From a virus, in the IMG/VR virus record IMGVR_UViG_3300025168_000033, positions 1 through 64,000 of that record: a stretch of DNA of 64,000 nt; one strand, given 5' to 3'. Of the stretch, positions 1 to 8,765 are shown piece by piece. The notes beneath the pieces are model-generated. The model did not search any database. It was not told where the DNA came from and saw nothing but the letters and a program-made list of their open reading frames with translations. The position numbers and the translations under genes are program-made. Position 1 is the stretch's first letter; every line of letters begins with the position of its first letter.

Positions 1-150
1 CAGCAAGTTTTTCAAGTAAGTAAGTTTCAAACTTTTTAGGTTTATACTTACCAAGTTCTTCTTTTTCGTATTCGTGCTTTATGATAAGCATCATTGTTTC
101 TATTTCTGTCATAATTATATTTTAAATTGGTTAAAAACTATTCGTGTCTT

Positions 151-534
151 TCAAAATTTTTTCACCTTTACAATTTCCTTTTTTTCACTTTTCTCAACCC
201 ATTGCTTAGTTCTGCACTCTATAACTTCAATGGCTTGACAGTATTCTGTATAATATCTCATCTCTTCTTCGATATTCACATCTTTGCTAAAAGCGTTACT
301 CATATAATTATATAACTGCTCTTCGTAATCTACATCCGTTCGTCTTATAGGAGTAAACGTTTCCACATTTCTACTTTCTGTAAACAGCATTCTAACAATT
401 TGATGCTTATATTTACCAGCACATGGTAAATCGTTTTGTCTAATCCAGTTTCCTTTTTTGTTTTTAAAGTAGAAACTGTGTGTCCATCTTCTGCCATTTT
501 TTTCTTCTACTACTATTGCTTCTATTGTGTTCAT
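151..534 (-). CDS. hypothetical early protein
   Basis: 127-aa ORF downstream of the early promoter repeat at 700-755. Confidence 0.7.
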   Translation of the reverse strand: MNTIEAIVVEEKNGRRWTHSFYFKNKKGNWIRQNDLPCAGKYKHQIVRMLFTESRNVETFTPIRRTDVDYEEQLYNYMSNAFSKDVNIEEEMRYYTEYCQAIEVIECRTKQWVEKSEKKEIVKVKKF

Positions 535-545
535 TTTGTCGTTTT

Positions 546-677
546 TTAAGTTAATGCAAATTGAATTAATTCTCCTATCTGACTTTGAGCAGGAGTTCCA
601 TTAAGAACTTTTAGTTCTTTAAGAATTGCATTTCCGATTTGAATGATTTCGATTAATAAATTTTTGATTTGTCGCAT
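546..677 (-). CDS. small hypothetical protein, 43 aa (MRQIKNLLIEII...), absent from ORF track
   Basis: ATG at 677 follows the AAATACACAC leader and early promoter; TAA at 546-548. Confidence 0.6.
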   Translation of the reverse strand: MRQIKNLLIEIIQIGNAILKELKVLNGTPAQSQIGELIQFALT

Positions 678-699
678 TGTGTGTGTATTTGGTGTGTCA

Positions 700-755
700 G
701 TTATTAATTATTTATAGTTAAATATAAACAAAAAAATCGACAGTAAAAAATCCTG
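700..755 (-). promoter_or_regulatory. early promoter repeat
   Basis: GGATTTTTTACTGTCGATTTTTTTGTTTATATTTAACTATAAATAATTAATAAC; recurs about 10 times in intergenic DNA. Confidence 0.8.
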
Positions 756-761
756 CGACAC

Positions 762-989
762 TTATTTTTCACTCAATCTTTTATCGACATCCTTGATTAA
801 GTCAGAAATAGCAGATTCTATTTCCGTTCTGAACAGGCTTATGTCTTGTTTAACGACATCAATATCCTGTAATTCTTTTTTGATTTTAATGAGATCTTGT
901 TGTAATTGTTTGCGTTCATTGATATTTTGAATTATCAAATAAAATAAAACGCAAAGGGCAATAGAATATATGCCTAATAGAATTTCCAT
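762..989 (-). CDS. membrane-anchored coiled-coil protein
   Basis: N-terminal hydrophobic helix then heptad-like region; ATG at 989 preferred over track start 998. Confidence 0.6.
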   Translation of the reverse strand: MEILLGIYSIALCVLFYLIIQNINERKQLQQDLIKIKKELQDIDVVKQDISLFRTEIESAISDLIKDVDKRLSEK

Positions 990-994
990 AAGTA

Positions 995-1090
995 TCAATT
1001 TACTTCACCGCAATGAGGGCATACTGTTTGCCATTTCAATTTAGTTTTACCACAATGGGAACATACTATTATCACGTCTTTGGCTGCCAT
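995..1090 (-). CDS. 31-aa zinc-ribbon microprotein, absent from ORF track
   Basis: MAAKDVIIVCSHCGKTKLKWQTVCPHCGEVN has two CxxCG motifs; downstream of the promoter at 1146-1175. Confidence 0.75.
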   Translation of the reverse strand: MAAKDVIIVCSHCGKTKLKWQTVCPHCGEVN

Positions 1091-1145
1091 ATTTATTGTT
1101 TTGATGCTTCTGATCTATCTGAAAGACCCAAGACAAATTATAACT

Positions 1146-1175
1146 ATTATATCCACATCTATGAATGATGTTTCA
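1146..1175 (-). promoter_or_regulatory. putative middle promoter TGAAAC-N18-TATAAT
   Basis: exact motif; same spacing at several other intergenic sites. Confidence 0.7.
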
Positions 1176-1179
1176 TAAT

Positions 1180-1569
1180 TTATTTGATATAATTTGAATC
1201 TATGTCTTTTTCTGCGATAAAGTAAAGTACTGGATTGTCACCTACAGATAATAACATATCACCTTCAAATTCAAATATTTTCCAATTTGAATTGAAGCCT
1301 GTAGATTTGTCTCTAAGAGTTCCACTCATAATTTCTTTACCTCTCATATGCGGTGGAACTGTTAATCCATAATCCATTTGTCGCATTTGATCTACTTTAG
1401 CACCCATGTATTTTTTAACAGCACTTTTTAATGCAGTACCTCTACCATATGCTCTGCTATCATCTGTAAATGTTTCTAAGCCACCATTGTGTGCATGTGG
1501 ATTCCACCAGCCCCTGTATGTAGTTTTAGCTTCATTCAAAAATTCTTTATATGTAGGTACGTTTTTCAT
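1180..1569 (-). CDS. putative capsid-targeted internal protein
   Basis: leader MKNVPTYKEFLNE. Confidence 0.75.
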   Translation of the reverse strand: MKNVPTYKEFLNEAKTTYRGWWNPHAHNGGLETFTDDSRAYGRGTALKSAVKKYMGAKVDQMRQMDYGLTVPPHMRGKEIMSGTLRDKSTGFNSNWKIFEFEGDMLLSVGDNPVLYFIAEKDIDSNYIK

Positions 1570-1589
1570 ATTATCCGAGCTTGTTTTTA

Positions 1590-1919
1590 TTAATCCATTG
1601 CTAAATCTACTCTAACATTTTTGTATTTCTTAAGCAGCTTTTTAATATTGAATCGTTTTTCTAATTGTTTGAAGACGTTAATTTGAATAATTCCAGCCAT
1701 CCAGGTATTACCCCATCCAATATTGTATCTTACAGTTCCCGGCTCATCACTATAAGTCAATTTAAAACCTGTATCTGTAGGTTCTGCAGCTGACTCTGAA
1801 TCCATTTTAAATGCCTCATAACCTAGGTCTTTATTGATTTTATCAAGGAGATTTAGTGTGTCCTTGTTAGTTAGTTTTGATTCGTTTAAAAATTCTTTGT
1901 ATGTACGTATGTTTTTCAT
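1590..1919 (-). CDS. putative capsid-targeted internal protein
   Basis: leader MKNIRTYKEFLNE. Confidence 0.75.
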   Translation of the reverse strand: MKNIRTYKEFLNESKLTNKDTLNLLDKINKDLGYEAFKMDSESAAEPTDTGFKLTYSDEPGTVRYNIGWGNTWMAGIIQINVFKQLEKRFNIKKLLKKYKNVRVDLAMD

Positions 1920-2254
1920 AATGTGTTTATGATTTGATTTGCAATTGTTTTCATATCATCTCCAGAAATATAATTTCCAGTAGCATAACCACCAGTATTA
2001 ACATAGCTTTGCAATAGATTTACAATCCATTGAACATCTGTAGATGATAAATATTCACCGATTTCATTAGCAATTTTTTGAATGTCGGCTTCTGGAATAT
2101 AAAGTCCTTTTTCTGTTCTAAGAGTTGAATATGCATTAGTAGAATAATCACCTAATATGTATCTGACTCTTTTTTTATCTTTATTTTTGCCTTCGTTTAA
2201 TTTACCGTAAGTATTCAAAAATTCTGTGTATGTACTTATTTTTTTTACCTTCAT
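1916..2254 (-). CDS. putative capsid-targeted internal protein
   Basis: leader MKVKKISTYTEFLNTYGKLNE. Confidence 0.7.
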   Translation of the reverse strand: MKVKKISTYTEFLNTYGKLNEGKNKDKKRVRYILGDYSTNAYSTLRTEKGLYIPEADIQKIANEIGEYLSSTDVQWIVNLLQSYVNTGGYATGNYISGDDMKTIANQIINTL

Positions 2255-2279
2255 AGCGTAGCGTGTATTTAAGTTGTCT

Positions 2280-2332
2280 GTTATTAATTATTTATAGTTA
2301 AATATAAACAAAAAAATCGACAGTAAAAAATC
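2280..2332 (-). promoter_or_regulatory. early promoter repeat
   Basis: near-identical to 700-752. Confidence 0.8.
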
Positions 2333-2346
2333 ATAGTGATATTTAT

Positions 2347-2961
2347 TTATAGCTTAGGTATCCATTTTTGTTTTATTAATTTAGCATCCATTTTAATGTT
2401 TGCATGTTTCTTTACTAGGCTTTTTGCAATATCAATATTTTCTTTAGAATCATCAAAGAATTTAAAATCATTAAATCCAAGATCGATTAATTCTTTAAAT
2501 GCCATTTCCTTTTTCTGTGGAACAGTTCCTTTAAATTTATGTATCGGATCGTTTATTGCAAATATGAAATCATCATTGATATCAATTCCGTGATATAAAA
2601 AGAAGTCTTTAATTAATTTCTTTTCACCTCTAGCAGTAATAATTCCTACAGCCTTTCTTTTCTTTAATGTAGCTTTTAAAATATCAAATACCCATTCAAT
2701 AAGTTTACCAGCTTTTAAGATTTCTAATGAATCAAAATCATCATAGTTTGTTTCATGATATGACATCTTTTCATAATCATTAAATTGCTGTGGAGTTAAT
2801 TCAAATCTTTCACCAGTCTTTGTATCATGAACCTTGATTTTTGCTTTAGTCAGGACCAGAGTGTCATCTACATCAAATACATTAATTGAATTACGACGCT
2901 TTGGATCTAGAAATTTATATTTCTTGCGTTCAGTTAAATATTGTTGAAATCTTAAAAACAT
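2347..2961 (-). CDS. HAD-superfamily phosphatase with divergent capsid-targeting leader
   Basis: FDVDDTL (motif I), TAR (II), FFDDS (IV); leader MFLRFQQYLTE. Confidence 0.75.
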   Translation of the reverse strand: MFLRFQQYLTERKKYKFLDPKRRNSINVFDVDDTLVLTKAKIKVHDTKTGERFELTPQQFNDYEKMSYHETNYDDFDSLEILKAGKLIEWVFDILKATLKKRKAVGIITARGEKKLIKDFFLYHGIDINDDFIFAINDPIHKFKGTVPQKKEMAFKELIDLGFNDFKFFDDSKENIDIAKSLVKKHANIKMDAKLIKQKWIPKL

Positions 2962-3203
2962 TACTTTTTTCTTTCTATTGGTTTACCTTTATTTGGCCCA
3001 TGACGATGAATATAACTTGAAGTACCAGTTTTAAGTTGTCTTACTAGTCTTTTACGTTCTTTATCTAATGGAATTATTTTACCTTCCTTTCTATCCATGT
3101 AAATATCATGGATTTCTTTCTCTAGCTCTTTAATTCTTTTAGCAATTTCATCATCGGATTTATCTTCGTTCAAGAATTCGTTAAATGTCGGTATATTTTT
3201 CAT
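2961..3203 (-). CDS. putative capsid-targeted internal protein
   Basis: leader MKNIPTFNEFLNE. Confidence 0.75.
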   Translation of the reverse strand: MKNIPTFNEFLNEDKSDDEIAKRIKELEKEIHDIYMDRKEGKIIPLDKERKRLVRQLKTGTSSYIHRHGPNKGKPIERKK

Positions 3204-3212
3204 ATTATCCTG

Positions 3213-3659
3213 TTATTTATTTCGTTCTGGATTTGATACACTATTTTTCTTAGCATCAATAACCCATTTTGCATTACTAGCTGAAGTTGCATTTGATATT
3301 TGTTTCAAACTTTTCATAACAGCCTTATAGTTGTTTTCATCTTCCCTTCCTTTACCTCTAAAGATTTGAATATGATGTGGATCCATTTGTCTTTCTTTTG
3401 CTGGAATCAAATATCCAACAAAAGAATCAAGATGTTTGTCTTTTTTACTTGTATGCCAAACTTCGTAATGTATTTGTAATTCATCACCAATTTCGACTGT
3501 ATCTGGACTGTCTGGAGCAGCATCATAAAAAGAACTAGTAACTGTATATGTTCCATGAACATCAAAATCATGTTCTTTTTCATTCTTAACTTTAGGCTTA
3601 AAAATATTCTTTACAAAACCTTCGCTTAGAAACTCGTTAAATGTTGGTATATTTTTCAT
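3213..3659 (-). CDS. putative capsid-targeted internal protein
   Basis: leader MKNIPTFNEFLSE. Confidence 0.75.
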   Translation of the reverse strand: MKNIPTFNEFLSEGFVKNIFKPKVKNEKEHDFDVHGTYTVTSSFYDAAPDSPDTVEIGDELQIHYEVWHTSKKDKHLDSFVGYLIPAKERQMDPHHIQIFRGKGREDENNYKAVMKSLKQISNATSASNAKWVIDAKKNSVSNPERNK

Positions 3660-3660
3660 A

Positions 3661-4035
3661 TTATCCTGTTATTGATTTTTTGTCATCCTTGATATACTCT
3701 TTGATTAAATCTAGCAATAAACCTAGATCATCATATCTTCCAGCAAAACCACTATGAATTATTCCAAAGCCGTCTCTACGATAAAGTGTAGTTGAATCGA
3801 TATCAATAACTACATTACCTGTAGCTTTTACATATCCTTTTCTAGTAGCTACATCATACCATAACCAAACCTGATCGTCGTTAATTTCTACAGTATATGA
3901 ATTTTTTGCATTTGATTTGAATTTCTTTTCAATAAAACCAGCAAGATCCTCTATTGATGTTACATCAGCAAATCTAGTATTGTTTGTTATTTTTGCCTCA
4001 TTAACAAATTCATTGTATGATGGTACGTTTTTCAT
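3661..4035 (-). CDS. putative capsid-targeted internal protein
   Basis: leader MKNVPSYNEFVNE. Confidence 0.75.
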   Translation of the reverse strand: MKNVPSYNEFVNEAKITNNTRFADVTSIEDLAGFIEKKFKSNAKNSYTVEINDDQVWLWYDVATRKGYVKATGNVVIDIDSTTLYRRDGFGIIHSGFAGRYDDLGLLLDLIKEYIKDDKKSITG

Positions 4036-4271
4036 TTTATAGTTTTTAATTTTCGTTTTAATACTTTTAATCTTAGCCTTTGGAATCTTGTCAATTCCTT
4101 AGTAAAGATATATTCATCCACCTTGAAAAAAATTAAGGATCCTACAAGATTTGCAATAAATGCAGTTATCCAAAAGTTTGAAATATCATACTTGGATAAT
4201 ATAAATGGGATGATTGCCAAAATAGGCGTGCTCATTTGCCACCTAAACATATATCTAAGTAATTTTCTCAT
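4032..4271 (-). CDS. small two-TM membrane protein
   Basis: two hydrophobic segments and a basic tail; no leader. Confidence 0.6.
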   Translation of the reverse strand: MRKLLRYMFRWQMSTPILAIIPFILSKYDISNFWITAFIANLVGSLIFFKVDEYIFTKELTRFQRLRLKVLKRKLKTIK

Positions 4272-4981
4272 AAATCTTCTAAATCTAAAAATTGTAATGC
4301 TTGTTTGTATGTACGAGCAGATTCTCCAGTTTTAGCTTTAGCTGCTGCTAAAACTATTGCCATTGCTTCTTTACGTTTTGATCCAAATTTTACTTTCTTA
4401 ACAGTTTCTATTGCGGCTAATACTTCTGGATCAGCAGCTTCATTAACCTTAGATTTATTAAACCAAGCATCAAAATTATTATCATCAAAATCATCAGGGA
4501 ATGTAGTAGATATTCCATCTTCATCCTTTAATTCTATTTTATCTAATGCGGCTTTTGTTACAATAAATATATCACCTTCATCATCACGGAATTTATCACC
4601 TTTTTTAATAGGTGTTCCTTTATATGTTATTTTTTCTTTTAATAATTTACCTTCAGCAGCTTCATTAACCTTAGATTTAATTTTTTCAAGATCAGCTTTA
4701 GCCTTTTCAATATCCTTTTTAATAAACTTAATAGTTTTTGGATTTGTTTCTGCTGCTAATTCTTTATTTAAATCGATAAGATACATTGCAAGATTGTTCA
4801 TATCTCTTTGTGCTCCTTCGTTTAGAAATTGTTCGTAGGTTGGTAAATTTTTCATCTTAACGTTATCTGTCCATTTTTTATCAAATGCCCATTTGTATTT
4901 TTCAGGTGCATCTTCCTTAGTTTTATATTTACCTCTAAGAGCATATATCAATTTTAATTGCTGTTTACTTTTAGCTGGCAT
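4268..4981 (-). CDS. multi-module internal protein with an internal leader at Met43
   Basis: MKNLPTYEQFLNE starts at nt 4855; KSKVNEAA occurs twice. Confidence 0.7.
   Translation of the reverse strand: MPAKSKQQLKLIYALRGKYKTKEDAPEKYKWAFDKKWTDNVKMKNLPTYEQFLNEGAQRDMNNLAMYLIDLNKELAAETNPKTIKFIKKDIEKAKADLEKIKSKVNEAAEGKLLKEKITYKGTPIKKGDKFRDDEGDIFIVTKAALDKIELKDEDGISTTFPDDFDDNNFDAWFNKSKVNEAADPEVLAAIETVKKVKFGSKRKEAMAIVLAAAKAKTGESARTYKQALQFLDLEDL
4431..4679. repeat. 27-bp direct repeat at 4431-4457 and 4653-4679
   Basis: tcagcagcttcattaaccttagattta occurs twice and encodes KSKVNEAA. Confidence 0.9.
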
Positions 4982-4983
4982 CT

Positions 4984-5382
4984 TTATACTTTTATTATTT
5001 TTTGATCATAACCTACTCTAAAATCAGCACCTCTATATAAAGTTATAACAACAAATGACAAAGTATTTTTATTTTTCTCCATCACACCAACAATAGTTAA
5101 TCCATCAGATTCTCTTCTTAAGATAAATCTATCTTTATTAACATCCATATTATCGTCAACAAGGTCGTTTATAATTGCTACAGTAGCTTTACTTATTACC
5201 GCGTTAACTTCTTTAAATGTAACAGGCTCATATACTGAATTTCCAGTCTTATCTTTTCTAGTAAGTCTTTCTATTGCATGAGTTGTTGACTCAATATCTA
5301 TATCAAATTTAATCTTTCTAGATACATGCCCTTCAGCCTTTTCATTTAATTTAAATTGATTATATGTTGGAATATTCTTCAT
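4984..5382 (-). CDS. capsid-targeted protein, possible RelE/DUF4258-like RNase fold
   Basis: leader MKNIPTYNQFKLNE; THAIERLTR and VVITLY motifs. Confidence 0.55.
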   Translation of the reverse strand: MKNIPTYNQFKLNEKAEGHVSRKIKFDIDIESTTHAIERLTRKDKTGNSVYEPVTFKEVNAVISKATVAIINDLVDDNMDVNKDRFILRRESDGLTIVGVMEKNKNTLSFVVITLYRGADFRVGYDQKIIKV

Positions 5383-5385
5383 GAT

Positions 5386-5655
5386 TTAAATTACAATTAC
5401 GGATTTAAAATCTGCAGCTAACGCACCATACCATCCAGATGTTCCTCCATGGTAAATATCTTCTAGAACACTTACATCAATTTCAATCGAGTATACTTTC
5501 GTTTTATCAGACCATGAGAAGTCTTTATATAATTCCCAGCCTTCATCCTTAATAAATTTTTTAAATTCTTCATACTCCTTTAGTTTATAAAAAGCCAAAG
5601 TAATTGTATTTTTAGCCTCATTCAAAAATTCGTTATATGATGGTATGTTTTTCAT
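5386..5655 (-). CDS. putative capsid-targeted internal protein
   Basis: leader MKNIPSYNEFLNE. Confidence 0.75.
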   Translation of the reverse strand: MKNIPSYNEFLNEAKNTITLAFYKLKEYEEFKKFIKDEGWELYKDFSWSDKTKVYSIEIDVSVLEDIYHGGTSGWYGALAADFKSVIVI

Positions 5656-5681
5656 TCTATTCTGCTATTTTAGTTTATTTA

Positions 5682-7451
5682 TCATTTTATAGCTATGCTT
5701 ATATTTCTAGAAGTTTTTTGTGTAGACTCGGTTTGCTTATTTTTAAAATGGCTTGCAAATACTGAAGAACCACCAGCCTGATTAAATATTTCTTCTATAG
5801 CAGCATTAGATACTTTATCTCTATCACCTTCATCACCGGGTTTAGTGCTGTTCATTCTACTTGCATCATATTCGGTATATTCAACTTTATATTTAGTTGG
5901 AAGTGTTATTTCAATATCCATGTCGTAATAATCATCATCAATTAATTTTACTGTACCGACATCACTTTTAATAACCTTATTTCCAGCAAATTGATTAAAA
6001 TCCGTCTTTGCCTTTACGTCTTTATATGCAGCAGATATTAACGGATCTTTAATATAATCCATATTATTTAAGCCTAATTCAATTACAAATTTAACCTCAT
6101 TTCTAGTTGAACTTAATATTCTTGTATTTGAAATATATTTTGTAAAGACATTAAAAAGTGGCATTTGCATATTTTGAAATGCTTCAGCATCAGTTATTCT
6201 AGAACCTGGATATTTCTTTTTAAATTCTGCTACAGTAATTTTAGAAACAATCTTAAATTGCATTCTATCATTAATTGATAACGTATCAAACGGAGAATTT
6301 AAGAAATCCATTGCTGAATCTGCTTTAGTAGTTCCCCATGCGCCACCGCCACCTTTAATAGATTTTGTAAATTCTCTAAGTGCATCATCACCTTCTTCAC
6401 CAGGTATCATTACATCGACTTCATAATCTTTAGCTTTAGGTGATACAATAATTTCCTGTTGATTCCAAAAACTATGATCGACTGGTAGATTTCTTAAGTC
6501 TGCTACTACTTGATCTGGATTTACCTTCCATTTTAATAGCATATAATATCCGCCTTTACGATCTTTAATGAAATCCTGATCAGTCATAAAACTTGCTGCA
6601 GTTCCTCGATCTATTGAAAAGCTAGTAGCCTTTCCTTGTGATACTCCTGGCTTTGCACCAGGATACCATTTCTTACTCCATTTTACTAGGTCCTTGATTT
6701 TAGCACCATCATAAAATATTCCTCGATAAACATATTTTGGAAGTTTAGATGAATCTACTGAAAGTTTTTGTAACAAAGGAAATACTTCAGGTTTTAATCT
6801 TTTACGGCTCATGCTTGTCCAGGTAACAACATGTGACATTGCAATTTTTACATCACGTTCGCTCAATCCAACCTTAAGTAACATTTTATCATATTGCTTT
6901 TGACCTAGATTTTTAGCACCATCTAAAGCGGTTGATGTCCATTTAAGAATATCTGTTACTTTATTCCAGTTTTTTTCTAGCCAATCAATAAATTCAATGC
7001 CACCTTCAAGTTCAGTTATTATATCACCAAAGTCCTGACCCGGTAATTTAAACGATGAGCCATACTTTTTTGAAATTTCCTCTTTAAACGTTTTAAATGT
7101 TTTGTGCTTTATTATTTGTTTAGCTAAATCATCATGACCATACCAGCTCCAGTTTTTATTATATCCTGCTATAATCTTAGCATAAGTCCAGTTTGCTTTA
7201 CTAGATGTGCCTTTCAATGTAAATATTGTATCAGAACCCTTGAGTTTTCCGGCTTTAGATAAAGCTTGATTTTTAATTTTTTCTTGAACTTTATATCCTT
7301 CACGGGTATCTATTTGTGGATTCCATTCGTCTTTACCCCAATCAACCCCTTTAGAATAATCCGATAAATATTCCGGATTATTCTTAAAGAATTCTACTGC
7401 TTTATTTTTTTCAGTTATTAGCCAATCGTTATAGTTAGGTAAATTTTGCAT
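5682..7451 (-). CDS. capsid-targeted ADP-ribosyltransferase-like protein (Alt analogue)
   Basis: leader MQNLPNYNDWLITE; VYRG, TSFS and QQE match the R-S-E ART motifs. Confidence 0.65.
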   Translation of the reverse strand: MQNLPNYNDWLITEKNKAVEFFKNNPEYLSDYSKGVDWGKDEWNPQIDTREGYKVQEKIKNQALSKAGKLKGSDTIFTLKGTSSKANWTYAKIIAGYNKNWSWYGHDDLAKQIIKHKTFKTFKEEISKKYGSSFKLPGQDFGDIITELEGGIEFIDWLEKNWNKVTDILKWTSTALDGAKNLGQKQYDKMLLKVGLSERDVKIAMSHVVTWTSMSRKRLKPEVFPLLQKLSVDSSKLPKYVYRGIFYDGAKIKDLVKWSKKWYPGAKPGVSQGKATSFSIDRGTAASFMTDQDFIKDRKGGYYMLLKWKVNPDQVVADLRNLPVDHSFWNQQEIIVSPKAKDYEVDVMIPGEEGDDALREFTKSIKGGGGAWGTTKADSAMDFLNSPFDTLSINDRMQFKIVSKITVAEFKKKYPGSRITDAEAFQNMQMPLFNVFTKYISNTRILSSTRNEVKFVIELGLNNMDYIKDPLISAAYKDVKAKTDFNQFAGNKVIKSDVGTVKLIDDDYYDMDIEITLPTKYKVEYTEYDASRMNSTKPGDEGDRDKVSNAAIEEIFNQAGGSSVFASHFKNKQTESTQKTSRNISIAIK

Positions 7452-7471
7452 CCAGATAATAATTCTTTAAA

Positions 7472-7480
7472 TTATATATC
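7472..7480 (-). promoter_or_regulatory. putative late promoter GATATATAA
   Basis: 21 nt upstream of the first gene of the cargo cluster. Confidence 0.7.
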
Positions 7481-7481
7481 C

Positions 7482-7907
7482 TTAAATGTTATTACTATTC
7501 ATTTCGGCTTGTGATTGTTCTAATAGATATTGATCTATATGAGATTGCTTAAAATGCTTATATAGAAGTGTACCTTCGGTGAATATTTCAAGTACCATGA
7601 ATCTTCCTTCAGTTCCAGTAAATTCTTCAGAAAATACAACATTATGAACTTTCATTGATTTTTCACCTAGATAATTTTTTACTCTTGCAACCAATTGATC
7701 AGTATTTTTTACTTGCATTTCATTTCTTACGTAATGCTCGATCATCATGGTTCTAACTTTATTTGATGAATGAAACGGCAATTCATCAGCGGGTTTTTTA
7801 ACCAGTATTGAATGATGCTTTCTAAATTCAGTAGTATCAAGTATACCGCCATCAATTTCATTATTGTGAGCTTCCTGTGATTTTAATTCTTGATTTTCTG
7901 TAGACAT
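7482..7907 (-). CDS. hypothetical protein
   Basis: 141-aa ORF in the gene run. Confidence 0.65.
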   Translation of the reverse strand: MSTENQELKSQEAHNNEIDGGILDTTEFRKHHSILVKKPADELPFHSSNKVRTMMIEHYVRNEMQVKNTDQLVARVKNYLGEKSMKVHNVVFSEEFTGTEGRFMVLEIFTEGTLLYKHFKQSHIDQYLLEQSQAEMNSNNI

Positions 7908-7929
7908 AAGATTTGATTTTAAATGTTTA

Positions 7930-8259
7930 TTAATATTGATTTTTATTGATTTTTATTTTTAAATTTGTTTGACCTTTTATTATTCTATGAAATTTACCTG
8001 CGGGTATGAATATTTTTTGCTCGGTTATAAACTGTGGTAATTCATTGTCTAGCTGTATTTTCCAGTCAGTATCACCTATTAAAGTTAATTCACGATCTTC
8101 ATCATCCTGATGCCATTTAAGCCAGTCGGAATTAACTTTACAGTTGAATGTTCTAATTACAATAGAATCACTAATAGTTTCCTCGCTATATGGAATTCCT
8201 TCATCAAAAGAATCTTCAAATTCCTTTACTTCTTTACAATTACAATTTTCACATGCCAT
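7930..8259 (-). CDS. cupin-fold protein
   Basis: WHQDDEDRE and IPAGKFHRI cupin-like motifs. Confidence 0.65.
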   Translation of the reverse strand: MACENCNCKEVKEFEDSFDEGIPYSEETISDSIVIRTFNCKVNSDWLKWHQDDEDRELTLIGDTDWKIQLDNELPQFITEQKIFIPAGKFHRIIKGQTNLKIKINKNQY

Positions 8260-8270
8260 TATTTTAGGTT

Positions 8271-8747
8271 TTAAGATTTCTTATTTTTATCGATCCATGC
8301 ACGAAGTATTTTTGCAGCTTCTTTCATTTCAGGAGTTTTATGCTCGTGAGTTTTAGCTTTAGTTTCCATACTTGTAGCTATTGACATTGCGTGACTATGG
8401 TCTTTTTTCTTTAATTTGTCTATCTTTTCAACAGTTCTTTTTGCTGTTGCTGCATCTTTATAACCTACACCTTTTATTGCGTTAGGACCTGCTTCAGCCC
8501 ATTCATCAAGTTCTTCAGTAACATCATCAGCTTTATCTATATTGATATAATCATCAACAGCTCTTAAATAGTTTTTAGCTAATGTAATTTTAGATTGAAT
8601 CCATGCAGGCAATTCAGCTTTACCATCAAGTTTTTTCTGTATAGATATAGCAGTATCACAACATACTTGTAATTGACTCATTGCCATATTGATTTCGTCA
8701 CCTTCATTTAAAGATAAAAATTCTTCGTACGATTTTAAATTGTCCAT
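8271..8747 (-). CDS. putative capsid-targeted two-module protein
   Basis: leader MDNLKSYEEFLSLNE; acidic VTEELDE linker. Confidence 0.7.
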   Translation of the reverse strand: MDNLKSYEEFLSLNEGDEINMAMSQLQVCCDTAISIQKKLDGKAELPAWIQSKITLAKNYLRAVDDYINIDKADDVTEELDEWAEAGPNAIKGVGYKDAATAKRTVEKIDKLKKKDHSHAMSIATSMETKAKTHEHKTPEMKEAAKILRAWIDKNKKS

Positions 8748-8765
8748 TTTTAATATTTGTTTATT

